A stretch of DNA of 64,000 nucleotides from Macrostomum lignano (taxonomy: Eukaryota): NCBI GenBank assembly GCA_002269645.1, contig NIVC01000020.1, forward strand, positions 186,001-250,000. Direction: 5' to 3'. Numbering within the stretch: position 1 is the stretch's first letter; the number at the start of each line of letters is the position of its first letter. Under the pieces are notes generated by a model that saw nothing but the letters and a program-made list of their open reading frames with translations, had not been told where the DNA came from and did no database searches. Shown one piece after another: positions 45,756 to 57,000 of the stretch. The position numbers were made by a program, and so were the translations under genes.

Positions 45756-46154
45756 CTGTCTTAGGATGTTTTCTTTTTGCATTGCACTTCATCTGAGCAG
45801 TTTTTCTATTGACTATGTGAAGGCTTTGTTTGGCCATCTTATTGATACTTGTAGAGAACAGAGATTCTATCTAGATGTCCCCCATCGGAGGGCAAAGATT
45901 ACTAGTATAAACTAATGCAGAAAACTATGTGTATATGCACATGTTTAACTTGTCTTACAAGTGTTTCACCTGATCTATTTTAATTTCTAGATGTGCCTGA
46001 TAGTCTAATATATATATTAGACATCTAGAGACAAACTATAATTGACCAAATATTTTTTAAATTTGAATCTGAGTCTACTTAAAACTATAGCATATATGCA
46101 ATTCAAACACTAAGTAGATAGCTACTATGAATGTAAGCTGGCAATGCAGAATCC

Positions 46155-46561
46155 TAGTTTCCTGCATTAAATTATTTCAAGTTAAAAAAATAACTCAATA
46201 AGTTAAAACAAGTTAGTCCATAGCAATCAATATTCCATAATCTATAAGAACAATAGAACAAGAACAAGTTGCCAAAGGACTTCTCCAAGTAAAGGCGGCA
46301 CCAGATATACTCGCTCAGGTGCAAATCAAATAGGCCCTCGTTGGTGCTATTCATGTTCTGGAACTTTGCCTTGACATGCACCTAAGTCCTTTTAATGGTA
46401 TTCATATGCAAAGTTCCTATTTTGTAGTTTCCAACTAGTTCTAGGTTGCTCATTATTATGCCATTTAGTGAGCTCAGTGGACTATTGACTGTTATGGACT
46501 AACTTGATTTAACTTATTGAGTCAATTTTTTTAACTCAAAATAATTTAATGCAGAAAACTA
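46155..46561 (-). mobile_element. Decayed DNA-transposon remnant: ~77-bp inverted repeats enclosing a Merlin/IS1595-like transposase fragment
   Basis: Arms 46155-46231 and 46484-46561 are reverse complements with several mismatches; internal peptide GTLHMNTIKRT*VHVKAKFQNMNSTNEGLFDLHLSEYIWCR (46420-46260) resembles the Merlin C-terminal motif HTNxIExxWxxxK...LxEFxWR. Confidence 0.5.
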
Positions 46562-48042
46562 CAATTATGTTGCTGGCAATCTTCTAGTTTCACACGTTTA
46601 AATATTTTTTGAAAAAATAGTGACTTAGTTACTGCAAGTAAATATTTGAACTCACACAAGTATAAGTATAAGAATAATAACAATAATAATAATAAATCAA
46701 CCATCCAACCAAGTTAGTCTAGCCCATCAAAACCTTGTCTTCATTTTTAGATAGAACTTGATTCATTAGAATAAAGTATAATGTGTAGTAATTACACTTT
46801 GTACTTTATTACAATTTATTTATTATGCTTTTATTACAATATCAAAAAAATAATTTAAAAAAATATACTTAGGAACTCTTAAAAATTTCCTTTTGTTCAT
46901 GTCTATTGGGCTATCAAAATGATATTTAGGGTATAAATTTAAGGTATATATTTAGGATATAAAAAGGGTTATTTTTAAAACTATTTTTAGAAAAAATTAC
47001 TATAATATTTCTACTGATTATAGTTCTTTTTCATACCCATCATGTGCCCATTTCGACATGTACTATCTCTGCTATTTTAATCTTCTTTCTTCTTTCTTAG
47101 ATCTTCTTTCTTCTTCTTAGTAACTATGCTATGTATAAGCAACTGCTAGTGGCCTAGCCTATTTACCCAATTTATAAAGTATTTAAAATCATTATTTACT
47201 TAGTTTTTTACTTTTATTTTTTATAGGTTGCAAAACTGAGCAACATTTTCAATCAAAACTAAGCTGCAGGCTAATACTTTTTGTAAATATAGCTGCATAG
47301 CCTATGGAATATCTCACTAAAATAATATTAGTCACAATTCATTGTTGATGCTATGCCAAAAGTCGCAGCATTTTTCTGTATTGGCTTTTTAGCAGTGTGA
47401 CTGTGTGAACAGTTTTGCATTTTCCTCTTTCGTAGTTTAGAATATCCATCATGACGAAGTTTCTTTTCTTTTTTGAGAAAATATCCTTCTGGCCTGGGTT
47501 CTTTTTATTGCGCAGCCAAACAGCTAGATGGATTAAACAGACACTGGCTGCACAGGGAAGTGGCTGCTAGCTTTAAACGCTTCTTTGTTCAGCCTTTTGC
47601 TGACGCGAAAGCAAACAGAACCGATTTCCCGGCTTATTCGCAGTCTCTTCTCCGCCAGCAACAGCCGAAGAGTTCATGTATTAATTATTATTATTAATGC
47701 TCTCCCAATGGCCCCGAACGAGCAGTTCCCGCTCTCTGTCTCTCATTGCTCTCCGCGACCCCGCGTTGCAGATCGTGGCTCGACATGTGAGCGCCTGCCA
47801 GAGCCGCCAGCACGCAGCCTCAGCCGCCCCTCGCCTCCCTGCGCCCCTCTCCCTCCGCCGCGGGCCCTCCTCGCCGCTGCAATCCGAGCTGTTAAAAAAA
47901 GAAAAGCCAAGCGCCAGAAATCCTGACCAGAAATTGCCGGATGTTCCGCCAGCTCGCCAGCTTCCGTACCGACGGATGACACATCCACAGCCCAGTTTTA
48001 TGTTGTCTTGTGCCAGCAGCACCGCCCCAGACACCCGCACCG

Positions 48043-51000
48043 ATGAATTGGACCTCCAGGCCGCAGCTGATCTCCTTCATCCGGGACCATAGGTCCACCC
48101 TGCCGCACTCGTACGCGCTGAGGACCGCCAGGCCCGGGCTCGCGCCGGACTCGTTCTGCCTCACTAAAGCCGTCACTGACCCGAAATTTGCTGAGCAAGG
48201 AGCCGACGACAGCGAGCAGGTCAACATGGCGTTCGAGTCTGTAAGTCCTGCTTGGCGATTTCTGCTTCAGGAGGTCGAACTATCTATATGAGCTTTGATG
48301 CTTTCATGTTTCACACTTTGCCGCTAAATCATCTTTGCTAGTTTTGTTCCAGGTGACATTCCCCCCACCCGATTTGCACATCAGGAGACATTCCCCATCC
48401 AATCTGCACATCAGGAGACATTCCCCACCCGATTTGCACATCAGGAGACATTCTCCACCCGATTTGTACATCAGGAGACATGCCCCACCCGATTTGCACA
48501 TCAGGAGACATTCCCCACCCAATCTGCACATCAGGAGACATTCCCCACCCGATTTGCACATCAGGAGACATTCCCCACCCAATCTGCACATCAGGAGACA
48601 TGCCTCACCCGATTTGCACATCAGGAGACATTCCCCACCCACTCTGCACATCAGGAGACATTCCCCACCCGATTTGCACATCAGGAGACATTCCCCATCC
48701 AATCTGCACATCAGGAGACATGCCCCACCCGATTTGCACATCAGGAGACATTCTCCACCCGATTTGCACATCAGGAGACATGCCCCACCCGATTTGCACA
48801 TCAGGAGACATTCCCCACCCGATTTGCACATCAGGAGACATTCCCCACCCGATTTGCACATCAGGAGACATTCCCCACCCAATCTGCACATCAGGAGACA
48901 TTCCCCACCCGATTTGCACATCAGGAGACATGCCCCACCCGATTTGCACATCAGGAGACATTCCCCACCCGATTTGCACATCAGGAGACATTCCCCATCC
49001 GATCTGCACATCAGGAGACATTCCCCACCCGATCTGCACATCAGGAGACATTTCTCGGACTAGCAGCGCCAGCGGCTCCGGGCCTTGACCGCACATCGGA
49101 CGGCGGCGCCTCGCGCCTGCGGTCCAGATCCGAGGCCGGAGGTCGAGTAGGTTTTCCCCATCCGCCTTATCCCCTACCGACTTCCCCGCTTGTCCGTCAG
49201 GCTGATTGGCCGTCCGGGCCGTTCGCTTTCACTATCCGCCCATCATTACGTAACGATTTCCTCCGCCTTTTGCTTTGGCTATCCGCGGTGCGTGCGGTGC
49301 TCAGCTCGATTGCAGCTCATTGTTTGCCGTTTTTTACGCTTTCATAAAATTCTCATTGACTACCCGCTGCTTTGCTCATTCACGCGATCACGGGCCGAAC
49401 CGAGCGGGCGGTGTCCTCGCTTGACCTCGGGGTCTCGCCTTCACTCGCCTCTCCTCCCTGATCGCCGGCTCCTTCTGCTTCACTGTGGAGAGCGGCGGCT
49501 CGGCTCAAGTGCCGCTCGCATCGATCAGAGTAGGCCGGCATTCACTCCGGGCTCCCCGTTCACCGGCCAGGCTGCGGCCGCTTCAGTCTGAGAGTGCAGT
49601 GTGCTTATGCGAGCTGTGCTTTAATTCATTAGTAGCATTTTATTATTAGTCTGGAATTCGGGCTGTGTTATTATCCGAGCTTAATCTGGTAATTGAAGGC
49701 GCTGATTCTGTTGAAATTCCAGGCTGCGTGCAAAAAATCCTCACTGAACTCCCATGCTGCGGTAACTTAGAGTCCCACTGTACCCCCCTCCAAATCCGCA
49801 GGGAAGCCACAAGCAGCTCAACGCCATCTCCCCAGCCGGCCAGAACCCCTCGGCTGGCCCGGCCGCCGGCCTGACCTACCGGCCCGACTCCTTCGCCTCG
49901 CTCACCCCCCGCCAGCACCAGCTGCCGCACCAGCCGCTCCAGTTCGCCACGCCGCCCAAGCGCAGCGACTCGATGCCGAGCCCGTCCTCCCAGCCGCTGC
50001 CGCTCTGCCTGCCCGCCGCCCTGTCCTCAGCCGCGTCCGCCGCCGCCACCACAGCGACGCCGCCAGCCGCGGTATCGGCGGCCTCGTCGTCCTCATCGGC
50101 GGTGGTCGCCCAGGGCGGCGATGAGGCCGACAGCGGAACCGACGGCAGCAGGGCCGCAGCGCTGCAGGACGGCTACGACCAGGTGGTGTTCGAGTTCACC
50201 AAGGTGCCCGCCGAGGACTTCGCCCGCGAGATCACCCTGATGTTCCTGCCGGTGTTCACCGCCATCCAGCCGGACGAGCTGACCAGCGTGGCCTGGCACG
50301 GCCGGGACAAGGAGCTGCGCGCCCCAAATGTTGTGAAATTCACCCGCGTGTTCAACCACGTCAATTTCTGGGTGCAAAAGTGCATCCTGGAGACCACCAG
50401 CTTGTCTAACCGGGCCACTGTATTGGCGCACTTCATCAAGATTGCCAAGAAGCTGTACGAGCTGCAGAACCTTCACGGCACCTTTGCGGTGGTTGCGGCT
50501 TTGCAATCGCAGCCGATTTTCCGCCTGAAGAAGACCTGGTCCAGCCTGCCGCGCAAGCATGTTGAGGCCTTCGAGCGGCTGTCGGACTTGTTCTCAGCCA
50601 ACAGCAACCACGAGAGACTGCGCCGTCTCATGCAGGACATCCGGCAGCCCGTTATTCCCTATCTGGGTGAGTGACCGGGAAAGGAGGAAGGAGTGCCAGG
50701 GAAGGAAGCAGGGAATGGCGAGGAAGGAAGCAGGGAATGCCGAGGAAGGAAGCAGGGAATGGCGAGGAAGGAAGCAGGGAATGGCGAGGAAGGAAGCAGG
50801 GAATGGCGTGAAGGAAGCAGGGAATGACGTGAAGGAAGCAGGGAATGACGTGAAGGAAGCAGGAGTGGAGTGAATGTGAAAAAAACAGGTGAGCCGGTCA
50901 GGGGAAGTAGGCAGTGGGAGAGGAGCTGTTGCCATCTGTAAGTTATAAAAGCCCGTATCTAATGGTAGGCATTTAGCAGCTTTTATCTAAAATTTATTAG

Positions 51001-54000
51001 CTTGGGCAGTTGTGATTTTAATGCCACAAAAGACGAGGCTGCAAAGGTCAGGAATGGCCCAGTGCTGCTGCACCGTTCCGCCTTGTGTAAATTGTTGGAG
51101 TTCTGCGCCCAGCGGACACGTCACTGGCCAGCTGATGTAATGCAGCTTTTATTGCTTGGACTTATGACCTCTGGCACAGTTGTGGGAGTTCGGCAGCTGG
51201 CAGTGCTTTTGGGGGCATCTCGGCAGGCCTTTTACATTGCGCATTGCATTCTGCTGCTGCTGCTGCGCAATTCCGCGCTCTGCTGTGCGTGTAAACAGCA
51301 GATTGGCATCGGATGCTTTTGTGCAACAGATGGGCCGCTACTGACTGTAACCGCCTGTTGGCTCTCTGCCATCAGTGCTGCTGCTGCAATGTTACCGCTA
51401 TATGCTTTCTGTGAATCAATATTGTGCTTATGAATCCGCGCCCGCATCCGAGCATCTGCGCCTCCTGTGCGCTCCGGTGCGCTCATCTGGTTGCTAACCG
51501 GACCCGAGATTCAATATTCTCTGCCTCTTAAGCCTTTTAATAACCGCAGCGTTATTTGATGATGCATAAATGTCCAGAAATATTGATTGACGGCATCCTT
51601 GAGTTGCCCCCCCCCAAACCTCCTGTTCTATCGCTAGCGAGCCACCCAATCCAGAGCATGCGCAAAGCCTGTAAGCCCAGCAACCAGTGCAGTAAGCCCA
51701 GCAACCAGTGCAGTAAGCCCAGCAACCAGTGCAGTAAGCCCAGCAACCAGTGCAGTAAGCCCAGCAACCAGTGCAGTAAGCCCAGCAACCAGTGCAGTAA
51801 GCCCATCAACCAGTGCAGTAAGCCCACCAACCAGTGCAGTAAGCCCATCAACCAGTGCAGTAAGCCCACCAACCAGTGCAGTAAGCCCAGCAACCAGTGC
51901 AGTAAGCCCATCAACCAGTGCAGTAAGCCCAGCAACCAGTGCAGTAAGCCCACCAACCAGTGCAGTAAGCCCAGCAACCAGTGCAGTAAGCCCAGCAACC
52001 AGTGCAGTAAGCCCAGCAACCAGTGCAGTAAGCCCAGCAACCAGTGCAGTAAGCCCACCAATCAGTGCAGTAAGCCCACCAATCAGTTCAGTAAGCTCAT
52101 CATTCCAGCCATAGAGTGGGAGCTCAGTTATGCTTTTATTTTATTGCATCGAAATTCCTAACGACTTTGCCCCGCAGGCCTGTACATGAATGACCTGGTG
52201 TACATTGACACCTGCCACCCCAGCACTGGCGGCCTGGAGTCGCAGGCCCGCAAAGACAAGATGAACAACATTTGCCGCGTGCTGTCGGACTATCAGCAGT
52301 CGCAGTACAGTGAGTTGCCTCTCCTTTATTCCCGCATTGAACAGCCGAGCTCTGTCTGAGTCCCGGAAATTGCGGCCCCCTTTGCCAATGCCAACTTGAA
52401 GCTAATTTGATGAGAATTTTGTGACTCAAGTCTCCTGTCGCATCTGACTGAGGGAAGTTCTGCTTGGCCTGAACATCTTCAAGCCGCTGCGTCACTGCAC
52501 TTTGCAGCACATTTATTAATATGCCGCTTGCTGCTGTTACCCGATGCAGAGCACGTGACCGGCCTGCAAAACTGCCAGGAAATGCTGTCTGTAATTATCA
52601 AATGATGGTGTTGCAGTCTTCCAAAGACCCTCCCAGCCCTCCCCAGTGCCATGGCTTGTCACGCGAAAAATTCTGTCAGCTGCCAAAATTTTCAACAATT
52701 TTTTATGCTTCAACTTTTATGCGTAGCCAGCAGGCAGGGGGACACTGCAAGGTCAGGCTTGCCAATGGCTGACCACCCCCGCACCCGCAGGCTTCCAGAG
52801 CAAGGAGCACGTGCGCCGCTACCTGGAGGGCCAGACCTACATAGAGGAGATGCAGAGCTTCGTTGAGGCCGCTAATTACAAAACCTCCCGCGACCTCGAG
52901 CCGCACGACAGCGGCGGCAGTGGCGGCGGCGGTCTGGTGGCCGCTTCTGGCGCCGCCATCCACCAGCACGACTCGCTGCGGCTGCCCGAAGGCTCCGAGC
53001 CGGGCCACCGGGGCCGTCTGGACAGTCAGGGCTCCGACTCCAGGACCTCGGCTGGCCACAGGAAGTCCAAGAGCTTCAGCGATGCGTGAGTGTCAGCTGG
53101 GAGCCTCATGCTTACCCCCTGCTGGTCAGAGTTCTCTCAACCGGAACCAGCTGCCCTGCTGCTCATTGTCTGCCCGTCTGCCTGCAGCCTCTCCCCTGCA
53201 TCATCAGCATTATTTATTGCCTTCCGGGCCTGTCGTCTCCGCGCTGCCTGCCAGCCTCAGCCAGGGAGGGCACTGATTTATTGCCCCTGCTGGCCTGTCA
53301 TTATTCTCGCATTATTTTATTTGCAATCTGTTCTGGAGGGGGTGCAGTTTTGACTCATGCGGTGTTCCATAGAGCTGAAAAGTGCATCGCGTCCTTCATA
53401 TTTCTAACCGATTCCCCTGGTAAGCGAACTCGGCAAACACTCGCGCTCCCCTTCACTCTCTGTAGCGGCGGACAGCAGGTTGTTCGGCCAGCCGATGAGC
53501 CAGAGTAAGAGAGCGCTCCTGAGCACATGATTAACTGTCTCACTTGTTGTGCGGCTGCTCATTTCTGTTGTGCCATCTCGTAGCTTCTGTCTGTCTGTTT
53601 ATTTATTCTGCTTAGCCTTTGTATTTTTGTTTCTTATAAACTGCTTTTCACTGCTTTGATTTTCAGTTTAGCGCGCACAGTTTAATTTCTAACCCGGTTT
53701 GTTTCGCCTGCCTGCCAGCGGCGGCAAAAGTTCCCGCTGTCACTTGCGCACCAGAGATAAAGCGGTCGGGGGCATTGCGTCACTTGGCAAGGCCGCTCCG
53801 GAGGCCTCCCCCCCCCTGGGGCCCACGCGGCCCCTGCGTGGTCGCCACCCACTGCCTCTCCCCGTGTCTTTCCGGCCGTCCCTGCCCTCCCCCTCCTGAA
53901 TTCCCCCCGCCTCCCCCTGCACGCCAGCCTGTGTAAAAAAGGGCGGCGGCAGCAGCTGCTGGCCGGTGGGGAGCGGGGCAGAAACTGCGGCTGGGGTGAG

Positions 54001-57000
54001 AGATTGCCAGACAGAGGGGCGATAAAGCCTCCCACAAGCCGTATCTGCTGCTGCCGCTCTCTCCCCACCCTGTTCGTCACAGCAGACGGCTTTGCCCCCC
54101 AGGGGGCAGAGGCAAGGAGTGTCTGGCGCAGCAGTTTGGAATTGAGAGACCGCCCCCCCCCTCCGCCTGCCAGTCCCAATATGGCCTGGCCAGGGCGCTT
54201 GCATTTCTGTGTGGGTGTCGCGTGAATTTGTGCCGCTCTGCAACTTAAGTATCTTTATTGGGCCGGTCTGATATTAATAATGCTAATTATTTATTATTCT
54301 TGTTGGAGTCGCCTTGCAGCTCTCTCGGTTTTGTTACTGTTTTTGGCACCGAGCCAGGGGGCGCGGAGGCCGTGGGAAGCTGCAGGCCTGGCGGCCGCGA
54401 TTTCTCTTCACCCCCCCCCTCTCGCCTGTCCGCTGCGGCGATCCCTGCTGCCCCGGGGGCAGCTAATCTTTGCCGCTGCTCCTTCAAGAAGCTCTCAGCG
54501 CTTGCCTGAACTGTTTTTTATGTTGCAGATTCTGTCTCTCCCGCGACCTCTTCCGACTGGAGAGCCGCCGCGGTTGCTGCTTTCTGTTTGCTTTACTTTT
54601 GCCGTTCAAACAAGGCGCAGAGTGGGGGGCGAAGGCGAGAATCACACAAATTGTATATTCAGCGGGAACAATCGTCTGTTTGCTTTGCACTGCTGGGTGT
54701 CCCCGCCTGAGAATTCTCTTCTTCATTCTTTCCGCCTGTCTGCTCGATTCCATTAATTCTATTAATAATCCTTTCTCTTCTAATGCTGCTGCTGATGCGG
54801 ACGGGACGGGGACTGTGACGGGGACTATGACCGGGACTATGGCTGGGGCTGAGATCGGGACTGTGACCGGGACTATGGCTGGGGCTGAGATCGGGACTGT
54901 GACCGGGACTATGGCTGGGGCTGAGATCGGGACTGTGACCGGGACTATGGCTGGGGCTGAGATCGGGACTGTGACCGGGACTATGGCTGGGGCTGAGATC
55001 GGGACTGTGACCGGGACTAGGGCTGGGACTGAGATCGGGACTGTGACCGGGACTATGACAGGGACTATGACTGGGGCTGAGATCGGGACTGTGACCGGGA
55101 CTATGACAAGGACTATGGCTGGGGCTGAGATCGGGACTGTGACCGGGACTATGGCTGGGGCTGAGATCGGGACTGTGACCGGTGACTATGGCTGGGGCTG
55201 AGATCGGGACTGTGACCGGGACTATGACAGGGACTATGACTGGGGCTGAGATCGGGACTGTGACCGGGACTATGGCTGGGGCTGAGATCGGGACTGTGAC
55301 CGGGACTATGGCTGGGGCTGAGATCGGGACTGTGACCGGTGACTATGGCTGGGGCTGAGATCGGGACTGTGACCGGGACTATGGCTGGGGCTGAGATCGG
55401 GACTGTGACCGGGACTATGACAGGGACTATGACTGGGGCTGAGATCGGGACTGTGACCGGGACTATGGCTGGGGCTGAGATCGGGACTGTGACCGGGACT
55501 AGGGCTGGGACTGAGATCGGGACTGTGACCGGGACTATGGCTGGGGCTGAGATCGGGACTGTGACCGGTGACTATGGCTGGGGCTGAGATCGGGACTGTG
55601 ACCGGGACTATGGCTGGGGCTGAGATCGGGACTGTGACCGGTGACTATGGCTGGGGCTGAGATCGGGACTGTGACCGGGACTAGGGCTGGGACTGAGATC
55701 GGGACTGTGACCGGGACTATGACAGGGACTATGACTGGGGCTGAGATCGGGACTGTGACCGGGACTATGACCGGGACTATGGCTGGGGCTGAGATCGGGA
55801 CTGTGACCGGGACTATGGCTGGGGCTGAGATCGGGACTGTGACCGGTGACTATGGCTGGGGCTGAGATCGGGACTGTGACCGGGACTATGACCGGGACTA
55901 TGGCTGGGGCTGAGATCGGGACTGTGACCGGGACTATGACAGGGACTATGGCTGGGGCTGAGATCGGGACTGTGACCGGGACTATGGCTGGGGCTGAGAT
56001 CGGGACTGTGACCGGGACTAGGGCTGGGACTGAGATCGGGACTGTGACCGGGACTATGGCTGGGGCTGAGATCGGGACTGTGACCGGGACTATGGCTGGG
56101 GCTGAGATCGGGACTGTGACCGGTGACTATGGCTGGGGCTGAGATCGGGACTGTGACCGGGACTATGGCTGGGGCTGAGATCGGGACTGTGACCGGTGAC
56201 TATGGCTGGGGCTGAGATCGGGACTGTGACCGGGACTATGACCGGGACTATGGCTGGGGCTGAGATCGGGACTGTGACCGGGACTATGGCTGGGGCTGAG
56301 ATCGGGACTGTGACCGGTGACTATGGCTGGGGCTGAGATCGGGACTGTGACCGGGACTATGGCTGGGGCTGAGATCGGGACTGTGACCGGGACTAGGGCT
56401 GGGACTGAGATCGGGACTGTGACCGGGACTATGACAAGGACTATGGCTGGGGCTGAGATCGGGACTGTGACCGGGACTATGACAAGGACTATGGCTGGGG
56501 CTGGGATCGGGACTGTGACCGGGACTATGGCTGGGGCTGAGATCGGGACTGTGACCGGTGACTATGGCTGGGGCTGAGATCGGGACTGTGACCGGGACTA
56601 TGGCTGGGGCTGAGATCGGGACTGTGACCGGGACTAGGGCTGGGACTGAGATCGGGACTGTGACCGGGACTATGACAGGGACTATGACTGGGGCTGAGAT
56701 CGGGACTGTGACCGGGACTATGACCGGGACTATGGCTGGGGCTGAGATCGGGACTGTGACCGGGACTATGACTGGGGCTGAGATCGGGACTGTGACCGGT
56801 GACTATGGCTGGGGCTGAGATCGGGACTGTGACCGGGACTATGACCGGGACTATGGCTGGGGCTGAGATCGGGACTGTGACCGGGACTATGGCTGGGGCT
56901 GAGATCGGGACTGTGACCGGTGACTATGGCTGGGGCTGAGATCGGGACTGTGACCGGGACTATGGCTGGGGCTGAGATCGGGACTGTGACCGGGACTAGG

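Noticed and set aside
48304-49096. Zinc-finger-like or HIRRH repeat ORFs
   Set aside because: Artefacts of the 30-bp intronic array; no C2H2 spacing.
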